Shown: positions 34,463-48,452 of the stretch, one piece after another
How the letters are laid out: every line of letters starts with the position of its first letter
Numbering within the stretch: the stretch's first letter is position 1
NCBI RefSeq assembly: GCF_018977255.1
Contig: NW_024704742.1
Coordinates: forward strand, 64,048,001 to 64,112,000
DNA length: 64,000 nucleotides
Source: Callorhinchus milii
Lineage: Eukaryota
Direction: 5' to 3'
The notes under the pieces: model-generated
What the model was told of the DNA's origin: nothing
What the model saw: only the letters and a program-made list of their open reading frames with translations
Databases searched by the model: none
Made by a program: the position numbers and the translations under genes

Positions 34463-35280
34463 GAACAGACATAGAGATAGAGAAAAGAAGAGAGAGGGAT
34501 AGAGAGAGCAAGAGAGAAAGGGAAGTGAAAACTAATCTCAAGTAAAGGTAGGGATTCCTGTACGATGGACCACAGATTGTGTTTCACTCTGTTTCTAATG
34601 ACTATCAAAATCGTTAGCTTCAAAAGGAAATTAGACAGTATTTTGTCTTTTAGCCTCTCCCCTCTCAGGTCTGTCCTGAGAATGATCCCTCGCTCTATCT
34701 GGCCCACCATCGGAGGACCAGCTTTCAGCCATTCTGCCCTTGTGTTCTGGAAATCCATCCCTGCATCCTCCCTCCCCTCTCAAAATGTACCAATTTGATC
34801 ACGCTTTCGATCACCTTTCCTCTCCCCCACCCCCACCCCCCCCCCCCCCCCCCCCACCCCCACTCCCACCACCCCCAGACTTCTACCCCCAGCTGGGTGC
34901 CCAGCATTCATTGTCAAGGACTTTAAGACACTTCTCCCGATGTGAAAGGCACTATATGAATATAAATTGTATTGCATTGAACAATAATACACCCAACATG
35001 TAATATGTACTTCACATAAAATAGCATTCAGGTGAGAAACATGCTCTATATTTTCTTCATTTATCAATTAAACTGTTGGGCACAACACTGGCTCATAATC
35101 TGTTGTCAGGCGGTCTCTCTGTGCTGTGTTTCGATCATGCAGCTTAAAAGCAACACAAAAGTAAAAGGAAATATGTCTGGCTATAGCCCAATGAGACCAA
35201 TGATGTGTAATATATGGAGAGATGAGGCTTTATATTTGACATTTATTTAATCTCTCTATATACAATTAAGTGATTATTCA

Positions 35281-35400
35281 ATGTCAGGAAATTAAATGCT
35301 CGATGAGCCTTTTAATATTCTTCTAAACTGTCTGAAACATCCCTATTTGCAATCCTAATATTCTCTCTTCAGTTATCTAATTACATACTTCTTCACACAG
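35281..35400 (-). repeat. Right arm of ~120-bp long-range inverted repeat
   Basis: Its reverse complement CTGTGTGAAGAAGTATGTAATTAGATAACTGAAGAGAG...CATTTAATTTCCTGACA matches 31291-31409. Confidence 0.9.
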
Positions 35401-35489
35401 CAAATCAAATTGAGTCTTCACACTGTGACTTAAAACATTAGTTCTATCAGGTCAGCTCTGGCTCATGCTCTTAGTCAAGGGAATTTCAA

Positions 35490-35870
35490 TATTATTATAA
35501 TCCTTGTATTAGATACAGTGCCTTATCATGTCAAATGTTCTCTAAAGTGTATAACTGTGGATTTTGCATGTGAACATTGCAGTCAATTTGTGTACAGCAA
35601 TGTCCCAGAAGCAGCCAAGGGGTGAATTTAACTGAAGGATTGTGGCCAGCACACCAGGAGAAACTCCTTCTTTTTTTTGACAAGTGCCTTGGGTTCTTTA
35701 ACCGCCACCTGGATAGGAGATTAGTTTAACATCTCTAACAATGCTTCCCCAACATTGCCCTGGAGTGTCAGCTGAGACTGTCCGGTTCTCAGGCCCTGAT
35801 GGGTGTATTTGAACCCATAGCCTTCTGAGCAAGAGGTGCGAGTATCACCAAATGAGCCAGACTGAACTAT
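35490..35870 (-). mobile_element. SINE family B, diverged
   Basis: Reverse complement of the family B head, Deu-like centre and shared tail. Confidence 0.7.
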
Positions 35871-37699
35871 ATATTATTTGTCATTTGTAAATTCTACATT
35901 ATCGCAGGATCCTGGAACAGCAAGGCACTGAATTTTAACACAAGTACAATGTGTTTAGTTTCAGTGAGTTTCCTGGCCAAATCCCCCAAAATAAATAATC
36001 ACTCACTCCATGGCTGTTATAATAATAATAATAATCCTTGCATTTGATATAGCGCTTTTCACGTCGGGAGGACGTCCCAAAGCGCTTCACAGAACACACT
36101 GTAAAGTGAATTGACTGTATATTTGTGGGCAAACGCGGCAGCCAATTGCGCACAGCAGTGCCCTACAAACAGCTATAAAGTGAATAACTAAGATTTATCC
36201 TGGGAGATTGTTGGCCAGAACACCAGGAGAAACTCTCTTTTCTTGAATTGAATTGTGAATATTACTTTTCATTGGAACTTTTTTTAAACAAAAATTACAA
36301 AAGTTTTTTATTTTAACTAAATATTGTTTCCAATTGTTTTTCAGAAAACTATAATGAACTTTTTTTTCTCTCCCAAGGTTTTTCCAATGTGGTACAGCAT
36401 TCCTGATCCTCCGATGGTGGTTTTGAGATGAGCACCAATTGTGGGAAGAAATTCAACCTGGGTCTGGATTTATTCTAGTTATATAGCTGTTGGGATTGTC
36501 CGCAATTCTTTAATATAGCCTTAATCTTTAATCTTGTTTTCTGTAAGTTTATTTCAAGAACAATGGAAAAAGCTATTTCAAAGTTAAGACTGAATTCAGC
36601 AATTTGCTGAATTCCGGATGCTGTAAAATGTCTTCATTAATAAAGTAAATCTAGATCCGGGTGGAATTGCTCCCCACAACTGTGTGAGAATAGCACCAAC
36701 TGTGTTTCCTTTCCACTGATTAGCGCCTATCTCTGGCAGATGTCAGGATCACGGGGAATGGCAGGCCTGTACCTGAGTCCCCGCACTCTGACCTGGGATC
36801 CTGGAATCACAAAACACTGAATACTAGCACAAGTACAACACACCTATTTCGCTTTAGTCTGGTTGTCTGACACATGGAAACCCATCACCATGCTTAGGAG
36901 TATCCAAACAAAAAAGTTCAATTTTTGCCACTTATACATTGGAAATTTCCATGTCTGGAATGAAATGCGCACCCTCTCCCTGGAGGGATGGACTCTGCTT
37001 ACGTAATTCCGAGACAATTAAGCACGGGTTGTCAAGAGTCAAGGCTTGGGAAACTCATAGCGTCAGTTCCAAGATATCAAAGGACATTGAAATAAGCTCA
37101 GTGTTACTTTTTGTAACAATGTTTTGTTGTGAACCTATTTTTCAGTCACCGTTACAAACCTTCCTCACTGTGACAAACCCTCTCAGCAGCCATTGTTACA
37201 AACTCACGTTACAGTCTCCACTCTCCAGCCACTGCAAATCAAAGCATAAATGATACCAATCACTTAAATCATGTAGCACTTAAATGATACATGTTTTAAG
37301 TGAATAGTTTGCTGGAACTCAGTGATATACTTTCCATGGCATCTGTAAGTGTCAGAAGATAACACTTTGGAAACTGATTCCCTGGAGCAACATCTTCTTC
37401 CGACTCAGGTGAAGCAACAGATGTTCAGGCCCTACCAGTGCGCCTGGGAAGCAAGACCAGCCTGTGTGGGGGTGGCAACACTCAGCTGCAGTCTGTTCCT
37501 TCACCCACGAGCACCTTGGCAGGTTATTATTCTGAATAAAATTTATATTTGTTGTTCCCCCAAAATATGCCTTTGAATAGTGGAAGGTAAAATTCTCGTG
37601 GTGGTGTGTAAATCGTGGGAGTCCACAGCTGGTGGCTGCCAAGTAAATCTAGCGCAATATAACCAGCATTTATACTAAGCAACGATCCGCGTAGCACAC

Positions 37700-38040
37700 A
37701 AGCCTGCCTCAGTTGGTAGCAATCTAGGCTGCCACACCGACACAGTGCCAGGGAGTGCTGCCTTGTCGAGGTGCAGGATGAGAAGTTAAACCTAGGTCCC
37801 GTCTGCCTGTTCAGATGGATATTAAAAATCCCATGGCACTATTCAAGTAGAGAAGAGAGTTTCTCCTGGTGTCCTGGCCAACAATCCCCCTCTTCCCCTT
37901 GATAAAGTTAGTCATTAATTTCATGGCAGTTTATGGGATATTGCTGTGCGCAATATGTTGATCTACATAATATACAGCAAATCCTATGAAGCCCTTTGAG
38001 ATGTCCTCCAGACATGAAAAACGTTATATCAAATATAAAT
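37700..38040 (+). mobile_element. SINE family B
   Basis: GGATGAGAAGTTAAACCTAGGTCCCGTCTGCCTGTTCAGATGGATATTAAAAATCCCATGGCACTATTC centre and L2-type tail. Confidence 0.75.
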
Positions 38041-38729
38041 CCCTTTATTCCCCCAGAAAGTCCCTATCTCTTTGATCTACTCATACCCATCATCTTCGCT
38101 CAGCTGGCACAGGTCTGCTGCATGTCCCACCATCAGTGGCCATGCTTTCAGGCACTACACCTCTAATCTCTGGAATCCTCAACCTCTATCCCATCACCTT
38201 GCCTACTCTTTATCTACCTTTAAATGCCACCTGAAATCCTACCTCTCTGACTGCACCTGTGGTCACTTCACCTTTGCTCTGGTCCAATCCTGTCACTGTA
38301 CTGCACACCACAATGCTATCTTGTGTGAAAGGTACTATATGAATGCAAGTTGTCAATGTTATTATTCTTGTCTTCAGAGCTTAGAGTGGCTGAAATAACA
38401 TTATAGCAGTCAGATTTTCAAAACACTAGAGGATCTCTCTGTGATCCTTGATTCCAAGTGTTGTATAATGCAAATAAGAGCTTTGTGTCAATTTTATTGT
38501 GTGAGCATGCAGAGTTAATGATGATTTCATTCTGCCAAAGAGAGTCACTGGCCGTGTATCATACACACAGACATTATTTCAAGCATTGTGTGAGGATGAT
38601 TTTCTCATAATTTATTTATTGTTTATGTGAAAATGACATTACAAATCATTGTTAAGAAAAGGAATTGCTACAGTTTGACAGCAGACATGTTTCTCAGCGA
38701 GATATTAAATGCTGCACTTTCTACCTAAT

Positions 38730-38950
38730 AACTATCTGACACTTTATCAAGTACTCTCCTGATCACTCTACTAATAATCTGTTGAACACTCCACTGAACA
38801 TTCCACAAAATCTATTGAGCACTTTTAGTGATACCAATAATAACCCATTCAACAAATTACTAAACTGCTCTTGAGCCCTCTGTTAAATACTCTATTAAAT
38901 ACTCTAATGCAGCCTGCATTGAACACTGTGTTACACTCTCCACTGAACAT
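38730..38950. repeat. Highly degenerate minisatellite, unit about 11-12 bp (ACTCTGTTGAAC-like)
   Basis: Recurring TCTGTTGAACAC, TCCACTGAACAT, TCTATTGAGCAC and TCTGTTAAATAC units. Confidence 0.6.
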
Positions 38951-40239
38951 TACACGTGACCAGAGATTGCATCAGTGGGTTTCTTATGTTCAGGGTCTCA
39001 ATTCGCACCCCCTGCCCCCACAGCATCCCCACTAACCCCCCCACCACCCACACTGGTCAATTATTTTGGTGGAGTGGAAGGGAAGGAGAGGGTCAAGAAG
39101 AAATCTGGCAGAACTTTGTCCAGTTTGTGAATTGATTGGAAAAGAATCCGGGACTGAGTGAGGAGCACAGGATCTGTGACCGGCTTGGTGCACCTAGTGG
39201 CATTATCTCTTGCCAGGATTATTTCCATTTGTCAGTTGGCTCACTCTTGTCTCTGTCTTAAAACGCTATGGGTTCAAACCACACAAAAGGGCCATCAAAT
39301 GATGAGGCAAATTTAAAAACACTTGAATTTGATATAGCACCTTATCACGTCATTTAGGCAGCTGAGCACCTAAAGCAGAAAATGGGGTACGTATTCACTC
39401 TGACACCAAGCTCATTGTGAAACAGGCTCGATGGGCTGAATGGTCTCCTCCACTTCCAGTTGGCAGTGTAAAGCGATGTGAAATGTCATTCTGACATGAA
39501 AAGTACTATATAAACTATATTGTATTGCTTCTTGTGTTCCTTATTTTCTTAAGCACTGCATTGCTGGAGGTGGCTTATTTCAGATGAGATGTTAAACTGA
39601 CATCCATCTGCTTGTTCTTCAAGGGGACTTTCAAAATCCCATGATGCAGTTTCAGAGATCTCCACCTCAGACCTGGTCAACAATCTTCCAGATCGATCAA
39701 TTACTCATCTCATGGCTGTTGTGGTATCTTGCTGTGCACAAAATACATTTTGCTTACAGAAATACTCACTGCACATCACATTAAATATAATGATATAATG
39801 CCTTATGGCAACATTGAGACTTCTCAAAGCGCTTCACAGGATATAGTGTGAAGTGAATTGACTATATTTTGTGGGCAAAATATGAAATGTTTTGACATGA
39901 TGAGATGCTGCAGAAATACAGTTTTTTTCTTCGACAAATAAAATAAGAGGAGAATGCGTGGCTATAGAAATGGCTATTTGGGCTCTTTAAGGCTGATCCC
40001 TCCATAAAATAGATGCATTTTTCCAATTTGCTGTATCATTGGCGGTCAGTCTCCTGAAGAAGATGATCTGTCAAAGGAAACCTTGACAGAGATAAAGCTC
40101 TGATAATGCTTTCTGAGGCCTCAAGCAAACCTCCGAAATATTGATCTAACCTTACAACCTATACTTACAACTCTGACTGATTACATGCCACAGATAATTC
40201 ACTCTACGGCCCCAGGAAATAGAGACAGTAACCATTATC

Positions 40240-40900
40240 ATTGCAATCTTCAATCCTATTTTTAACTTTATTATGGAAGGATCGCCTTCCTCCACCTTCA
40301 TCACATAGTCCGCTTCCGACCGTACCTTATCCCAAATGCAGCCGAAACCCTCGTGCATGCGTTTGTCATCTCCAGCCTGGATTACTCAAACGCATTCCTC
40401 GCCGGTCTCCCCATTTCCACTATTCAAAAAATACAGCTCATTCAGAACTCTGTTGCCCACATACTGACCCGGACCAAACTTCGTATCCCCATCTCACCAG
40501 TTCTGGGCAGGGTCCACTGACTTCCCATCACCGAACGGATTGACTTCAAGATCTTCATATTCATGTTCAAATCCATTCACTCTCTGGCACCTCCCTATCT
40601 CTCCGACCTCCTCACTCCCTAATCTACCACCAGATGCCTCCCTCCTACTCGCCCCTTGCACCCTCCACTCCACCAATGGTGGTTGCGCTTTCAGCCACTA
40701 AGCCCCGAAACTCTGGAACACGCTCCCTCAATTCCTTCACCTTGCCCTCTCTCTCCCCTCTTTCAAATCCCACCTGAAAACTTTCCTGTTCGACCGTGCT
40801 TACAGTCACCTCTCCCCTCCCCCGGCTCGGAGTCAGACTCTGCCACTGTTAAGCGCTCTGAGACGCTATCTGCATGGAGGGCACGATATTGTTGTTGTTA
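40240..40900 (+). mobile_element. Older L2 LINE 3' end
   Basis: AETLVHAFVISSLDYSNAFL...IQLIQNS...RIDFKI, followed by an L2 tail. Confidence 0.85.
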
Positions 40901-41663
40901 TTTTCAGTCATATCTGAGGGGAGTCTGTTCCACCTCATCAATAATCTGAAATAAATAAGCATCTTACATTATTCATGCCTATCAGCAGCTTCAAGAAAGG
41001 GATCTGGTCTCCTCTCAAACCTCTTTCCTCCAACGAAACCAGTTCAGTTCAGTGAATTTGATAACTGTTGTGAATCTATCGGAAATATTCTCCTTGGGGG
41101 AGTGGTTGGGGTGGGGCGGGCTTGGGGCCGAGCTGACTCCAAGGTGACATACTTGGCAACAGAATTGAATCAATCCTCTGTGACAGTCTCGGTAGTTGTG
41201 AGCCGGATGAGTCCACAGTATTCCAGGGCATTGCTAATGACAGATCAGCCTGCCTGGCTCATCATCAGGATTTGGTGGGGCAGACTTCACAGATGTTTTA
41301 CACTCAGCTCTTGTTTCACCAAAATCCCTGAAGGGTAAGTTGGTCCTAGGTATCCAGAAGGAGTCTCCATGTGGATTTCTTAATCCAACAAAAAATAATG
41401 CAGAACTTGATCCCAACATTCCAAATTATTGTCAGCCTAGTTTGGTTGGTAGCACTCATGCCTTTAAATAAGAAGATTGTGGGTTCAAACTCCACATTGG
41501 CACTTTCAGTCAAGGCTGATACTCCAAATACAGTGCTGTGAGGAGGTGCTGCATTAATCCCCTCACTACCTTTTGTTTCCCTCTTTGTCAATAAAGTGCT
41601 CACTAGTTGTCGACATGTTTTATGCTTCCTGTATCAGTGTCTATTACTGAGTCCTGCGGAAAT

Positions 41664-41975
41664 AGTCCTGTAACTCAGTGGTTAGAGCACTTGCCTCTCA
41701 AGGGAGAGACCTGGGTTCGATTCCCAGCAGGGTGAAACCTTGGGCAAGTTTCCTTACTCCACATGTCTAATAATCCCTCAAGAAAAAAAATAAATAAAAT
41801 AATAATTTGGTCACTCAATGCATGACTGTTTGTGGGACTCTGCTGGGTACAATTGGCTGCAGTGTTTTGCCCACAAATATACAGTCAATTCACTTTACAG
41901 TATATTCTGTGAAGCACTTTGAGATGTCTAGAAGATGTGAAAAGTGCTATATCAAATGTAAGGATCATTATTTAT
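41664..41975 (+). mobile_element. SINE family A
   Basis: tRNA-like head with GGTTCGATTCC, then body and tail. Confidence 0.88.
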
Positions 41976-42079
41976 TTTTTATTACCTTACCATTAGCCAT
42001 TTTCAAATCCATTTCCCATTTCTCGGATCTTCCATTCAGTTTACCTGCTCTCTCTCCTCCACATTTTGGTGAATTTGCA

Positions 42080-42857
42080 ATGCATGATTCCAGGACTTAA
42101 AGGGTTAAATTATGGGGACAGGTTTCATGAACTTGGTCTGTATTCCTTTGAGTTTAGAAGATTGAGTGATAATCTGATTGAGGTGTTTAAAATGATAAAG
42201 GGATTTAATAGGGTAGCCACAGAGAAACTATTTGTTCCAGTGGGGAATCCAGAACAAGGGGCATAATCTTAAAATTAGAGCTAGGCCATTTAGGAGTGGA
42301 ATCAGGAAATGGTTTTTCATGCAAAGGGTAATGGAAATCTCTCCCCCAAAAGGCTGTGGATGCTGAATCCATTCAAATTTTCAAGACTGGGGTGGATAGA
42401 TTACTGTTAAGTAAGGGTATCAAAGGATATAAGGCAAAGGCGGTTAATTGTGGTACAGATAATAATAATAATAATCCTTGCATTTGATATAGCGCTTTTC
42501 ACGTCAGGAGGACGTCCCAAAGCGCTTCACAGAACACACTGTAAAGTGAATTGACTGTATATTTGTGGGCAAACGCGGCAGCCAATTGCGCACAGCAATG
42601 TCCCACAAACAGTCGTAGATTGAAAATGACCAATTTATTATTGTTTTTGGTTTTGGAGGGATTATTATTAGGCTCTGTGTGGAGTAAGGAAACTTGCCCA
42701 AGGTTTCGCCCTGAACTGCCTGGAATTGAACTCAGGTCTCTCACTTGCAAAGCGAGTGCTCTAACCACTGAGCTACAGGACTCCACAATAGATCTAATAG
42801 AATGGCAGAACAGGCTTGAGGGGCTGAATGGCCTACTCCTGTTCCTATGTTCCTATC
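42080..42857 (+). mobile_element. CR1 3' end with a young family A SINE (42459-42784, minus strand) nested in its 3' UTR
   Basis: MIPGLKGLNYGDRFHELGLYSFEFRRL...LIEVFKMIKG. The UTR resumes at GATCTAATAGAATGGC after the SINE. Confidence 0.88.
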
Positions 42858-43919
42858 TTTGCATTAGCGTTACTTTCAACTTTGCAATGATTTTAGGTAG
42901 CTGAGCTCATGCTTTCAGGGAAGTTTGCCAAGTCATACGGAGAAGTGGTGCCAAGTTTTGGAGGCATTTGAATCATAATCCTTTATTTAAACCTAACGTT
43001 AAACAGCTGCATTTATAAATTCCACATTGCAACAACAGTAATCATTTCTGAAAAGCCTAAGAATTGGTGTGCTTTCATTGGAAGCTAAGGATAACTTTAT
43101 CATAATTAAATGAAAAAGCATAATTACAAAAGATTATCCTCACTTGTTTTAGGTCATCTGAAAAGCAGGCATCAAATGCCATTCCCTATACTGCATTCCT
43201 AACCTCCTCCCACGTGATTTTGGTGCAGCAAAGTTTTTCATTATATTCGGGTTGAAGTCCTTTTTCTGTTCCTGATGCATGTTACTGAATGCCTCCCAGC
43301 CTTCGCCTCCTCAGTTACCCTTATGTCTAACTGTGCAGAAGCTACAATGCAATACAATACAAATTTACACTTAGATAGAGCTTTTCACATCGGGAGGATG
43401 GCCAAAGGGGCAACAGTGAACAATATCAATATTCCACCACATTTCACAATAAAAATTTTTTTTCAGTTTTATGACAGTAAAGAGTTCTAACTCCTAGTTC
43501 TAAACTCTTTGCCATAATCTCTTTGACTGCGCTTTCGGTCATCTTTCCCCTCGGCTCCCACCCCAAGCTGAGATGCACAGCTAGCAGAGTCAAGTGCTTT
43601 GAGACATCCCCCTGATGTGAAAGGCTCTGTATCAAAGTAAATTGAATTGTATTCTAAGAGGGTATCTGACAGATTAAAAAAGAAATGAAGTATTAGCGTG
43701 CACATTGTAAGGCTGTTCATGTAGCTGTGATATATTGCTGATATTTCACAGAAGGCTTGTTACATTTCATTGCATTGCTACAAATTGTGAAATTTTGAGA
43801 TTAGTCAAGAAAGATGTTAAAGTCTAACATTCAAAAGGGTTAACATCCTAAAGGTTAACATCCTAAAGTTTAACATGCAGCCTGACTAATCTTTCAAAAT
43901 GTTACATTTTGCTTGACTT

Positions 43920-44370
43920 TGACATAACAAATAGGCTCAAGGGGCTGAAAACCAACAAATCACCTGGGACAGATGAAGTATATCCCTTGGGAGACAAGAC
44001 AGGAGATTTGTGCAGTGCAGACAGACAATATAAGAAAATTGATCAGGGCTGGGGAGAGGCTAATGTACTGAAAGCAAGCAGATATCATTCCCGTATTCAA
44101 GAAAGGTGAACTGTACCTGGCAGCTACAAACCCATTAGCCTGACATCAATAATTGGAAAAATGATTGGATCAATCATCAGGGAAAATATAGAAGATTACA
44201 TGTATAAAAATAGTCTAATAAATAACAGCTAACACAAAATCAAAGAGGGGATATATCTTGCCTGACCAACCGCATAGACTTTTTTCGGGAGTTGTCAGCC
44301 CGAATTAATTGTGGAAGCCAAATGATGTAATGTACCTGGTCTTCCAAATGTACCTGGCAACAAGATGCCA
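43920..44370 (+). mobile_element. Old CR1 RT-region fragment
   Basis: LKGLKTNKSPGTDEVYP, PGSYKPISLTSIIGK and SCLTN motifs across frames. Confidence 0.75.
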
Positions 44371-44737
44371 ACAAATACTAATTGTACTAATTTTCAAGCT
44401 AAAAAATATGCACAGACATATTAGCTTCAGTCACCTTGTGTTGGCATTTATTGAATATAGCATCCGAAAGCATAAAAAAGAGAATTATCACAAATAGCTA
44501 ACGTGTATGCTTTGTTTGTGTGGACAAATCAACAGCAATCTGATTCCACCTACAAGATTATGTAACTGTTGCAGAACTGATTTAATCCAAAACCACTTCC
44601 ACTGATGTTTTCCTTTTACTCTTTTTTGTTTTTCCACAACAAAATGCCACTATCCTGGTTATCATACACCACAGAACGTGCAGCCTAATAAAGGGTGAAT
44701 TGGAGTGAGTTGTGCAGGAGACCTATTGCATGGCTAA

Positions 44738-45225
44738 GTGTCAGCTTAGTTCAGTTGGTGGCACTATTGCCCCTAACTAAGAAGTATGTTGGTACAAACC
44801 CCACGTTTGGACTCTGAGTTCACAGTTTGAAAGATATTCCAGCTGTTGCAATGTTGAAGTGCCATTCTTTGGATGAGATGCTAAACTGAGGTCTTACTTA
44901 AAAGATCCACTGATTTCCAGTGCCTTTGGGTTGTCCTCCCGAAGTGAAAGGCACTATACAAATGTAATCTTGTTGTTGTTGTATTTGAAAGGAAAAGGGA
45001 GTTTCTCTTAACCCCAATTTTGATGTTTCTCTCAGTGTTATGGCTGTTACGAGATAAATTTACTAGATAAACTGGTAATACATTTCATGGGACTATGCTG
45101 AATACAAACTGGCTGCTTTGTTTTGTCTACAAATACCCAATCACTACACTTGACTGTAATTACTTGTGAATTGCTTTGAGGCATTTTAATGTTATAAGCA
45201 CAGTATCAAAATCCAAGGATTATTT
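44738..45225 (+). mobile_element. SINE family B with a short L2 tail inserted (about 44910-44982)
   Basis: Family B head and centre. The insert GTGCCTTTGGG...GTGAAAGGCACTATACAAATG...(TTG)n is an L2-type tail. Confidence 0.7.
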
Positions 45226-46184
45226 CTAACCAAAGTGCACATATACTACAATACAATTTCTAATAATAATAATAATCCTTGCATTTAACATAGAGCCTTA
45301 TCACATCTTAGAGACATCTCAAAGCGCTTTAAAGAATATACTGCAAAGCGAATTGACTGTCTACTTTGTTGGCAAAATTACTTTGCACTTATCTAGTGCC
45401 CTTCACATCAGGTGCATGTTCAAGGGATATGGGGTAACCAGAAGGGTTCGAGCTTCTATACCCCAGGCCTGGGGAGAAGTGAAAAACCCGATATTATTCA
45501 ATTAAGGAACTCATCCTAAACATGAGCTTTGAAACCCTTAAATAGCACTCCAAAGTTGGTCACAGTGAATTTATCACAGCACAGCAACTTAATCAAATCA
45601 ATTTGATGAGGATGCACTGCTATAATTCTTCCATGCCATCAAACGGACTCAAGCAAACCCCAGGGCTTCTGAAATACCAGAAGTGGAGGTGAAGGGTTCA
45701 AGCTTCATATATGGAAGAGGTGGTTAGATGGTGCAATTAAAGGTTTTGCACCACTTGGGAAATGGACCAGTTCTGAGTGATGCTTGCAAAAATAACTGCT
45801 CACTATTTGCTATTGTGATCTTTGCCGTGTTTTTTTCCAATAAACAAGCTAAAGCTCCACACAATAGAATGAGATATTGAATTCGGACTCAAGTAACACT
45901 CTGAACACTGGAAATTTGCTGACATTTTACAATGATTTTTTTTCTCTGATAAATGAAGCTGTAACAAGAGAGAACAAAACAATTCCCTGCCAGGAAGAGC
46001 CTCCAATACTGTAATGTAATTCTCTAATCTCTCAAAATAAATTTTGTCCCTCGTTTTTTTGGTCAGCTAGGTGTCTGCCACATGCAAAAACCCATCACCA
46101 TGCTTAAGAACATCCAAACCAAACTAAGCATTCCATGCATCCCACCTCAAAATGGAAATTACTGAGATATTTATTGGAATGGAA

Positions 46185-46830
46185 TCATAGAATCATAGAA
46201 TTATACAGCACAGAACGAGGCTATTCGGCCCATCATGTCTGTGCCGGCTCTTTGAAAAGAGCTTCCCAAATCAATCCCACTCCACGCTCTCTCCCCAGAG
46301 CCCTGCAAACTTGTCCTCCCCAAATAATTATCTCCTTCTCTCTTAAAAGTTGTTATCGAATCGGCTTCCACCACCCTTTCAGGCAATGCATTCCATATCC
46401 CAACAACTCGCTGTGTGAAAACATTTCTCCTCACCTCCCCTCTGCTTCTTTTAATAACTATTTTACTGACCCAGCCGCCAGTGGAAATAGTTTCTCCTTG
46501 TTCACCCTATCGAATCCCCTCATAATTTTTAAAACTATTAAGTCTCCTCTTAACTTTCTCTGCTCCAAGGAGAATAATCCTAGCTTCTCTAGCCTCGCCT
46601 GATAACTGAAGATCCTCACTCCTGGTACCATCCTGGTAAATTTCCTTTACACCCTCTCCAATGCCTTGACAACCTTCATAAAGTGTGGGGCCCAGAACTG
46701 AACACAGTACTCTAGCTGGGGCTTAACCAGTATTTTATAAAGGTTCATCATAACATCCTGATTTTTGTATTCTATGCCCTTTATAAAACCTAGAATCCCG
46801 TACGCTTTTTTAACAGCTTTATTTAACACA
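46185..46830 (-). mobile_element. CR1 3' end
   Basis: KAYGILGFI...LVKPQLEYCVQFWAPH and FTQRVVGIWNALP. ATTCTATG-type tail. Confidence 0.9.
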
Positions 46831-47848
46831 CTCCACAAGCTCAGGAGGAATGCCAGAAAGTTTTCTTAATGGATATTTACTTTGGTTGCAAAGCTCCTGC
46901 ACTGAAGTGCAGGCACAAAGAACGTATAGCGTGGAAGCGGGCTCCTCAGCCCAACCAGTCCATGCCAGCGTTTATACTGCATATGCAGCAGTCAATGTGC
47001 GCACAGCAGTGTCCCCCCAAAACCATGAAGTGAATGACCAATTTTATCTGTGGGTCACTGCATGTACAGTAAATTTTGTGAAGCCCTTGAGATGTCCTCC
47101 TGATGTAGAATGCACTGTATCAAATGCAAGAATATTATTACTTACATAGCATAAAAGAATGTTCAAATAATTTGACACATGCAGTGATGGAAACTAAGCA
47201 GAGAAATAAAAGGTTTAGAGATGTTGACCAAAGGCACAGTAAAATAGATATGTTTTTAGTGGGAGTAAGGCATGCAGGTAACCAGAAGTGCATCATGTTG
47301 GGCAATGTGAACTCCATCCTGATGCAATGTATTCCTGGAGCAGTGTCCCCTTGTGTGGACGGAAATTCTAAGGAGATTCCTTTAGGGAATTAAAGAACCA
47401 TAGAGAGGATGCAGGAGAAATTTACTAGAATGATGCCAGGAATAAATGATTTGATCCTATCTTATTTTCTGGAGGAATTATTCCCACTGGTTGGTGAATC
47501 ATTTATAGAGAACATCACTCTATAGATAGTTGCAAGGAAACAAAGGGAGAGATTAGGAGGATTTTCTTTACACAGAGATATAAGGATGTGGAACACCCTG
47601 CTGGGTGCAGTGGTCGAGGCAGGATCCATATTAGTTTTCAAGAGGGAAATCGATAGATATTTAAAAAGGAGTAATTTGGACGGGTAGAAGGAAAGTAATA
47701 CGTTGAGATGCATCAAGACAGTAGAACAAGAGGACATAAGCGTAGAATTACAAAGGGCAATTTGAGGACATATACCAGGAACATTTTTCTTTATCCAGAG
47801 GGCAATTAACTTCTGGAACCAGTTGCCAAGAAGGATGGTTGAGGTCAG

Positions 47849-48178
47849 ATCCTGTAGCTCAGTGGTTAGAGCACTCGCTTTGCAAGTGAGAGACCTGAGT
47901 TCAATTCCAGGCAGGGCGAAACCTTGGGCAAGTTTCCTTACTCCACACGCCTAATAATAATCCCTCCAAAAACCAAAAACAATAATTAAATTGGTCATCA
48001 ATTTCAATCTACGACTGTTTGTGGGACATTGGTGTGCGCAATTGGCTGCTGCGTTCGCCCACAAATATACAGTCAATTCACTTTACAGTGTGTTCTGTGA
48101 AGCGCTTTGGGACGTCCTCCTGACGTGAAAAGCGCTATATCAAATGCAAGGATTATTATTATTATTATTATTATTATC
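47849..48178 (+). mobile_element. SINE family A, short young variant, nested in an old CR1 fragment (about 47390-48300)
   Basis: Near-consensus SINE with a long (TTA)n tail. ATC lies on both sides and CR1 sequence continues across it. Confidence 0.9.
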
Positions 48179-48452
48179 ACTGAATTCATTTAAACAGCAG
48201 CTTGATGCTGTGATGGGAGGATGGGAGGGTGGGTATTCTCAAGGGATGAGATCAGATGGGTTGTATGGCCTTCTTCCATTCTAAAAATGTCTACTGTTCA
48301 TTGAGAAGTATTGCAAATTAAATCCAATTGTGTCTGTTTTATGTAACCGTTACTGCGAAACATCAGAACCATGTGTTATGAGTGTTGACGCACTCACAAT
48401 TGAATCATTGTGATCATCGTGCCACTTATGCCTGTGTATACAGGAGTGGATT

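Noticed and set aside
34824..34877. Poly-C tract encoding poly-Pro or poly-Gly
   Set aside because: Homopolymer expansion in an L2 3' UTR remnant.
36378..36542. Strong acceptor and GTAAGT donor pair
   Set aside because: Stops occur in all three frames and it abuts an old AT-rich repeat. A non-coding exon cannot be excluded or supported.
36855..37050. Resemblance to the LF-SINE core
   Set aside because: Based only on short remembered motifs. The segment is better explained as a family C copy and needs a Dfam search.
43835..43876. 15-bp unit repeated three times (AAAGGTTAACATCCT)
   Set aside because: Ordinary slippage duplication with no further structure.
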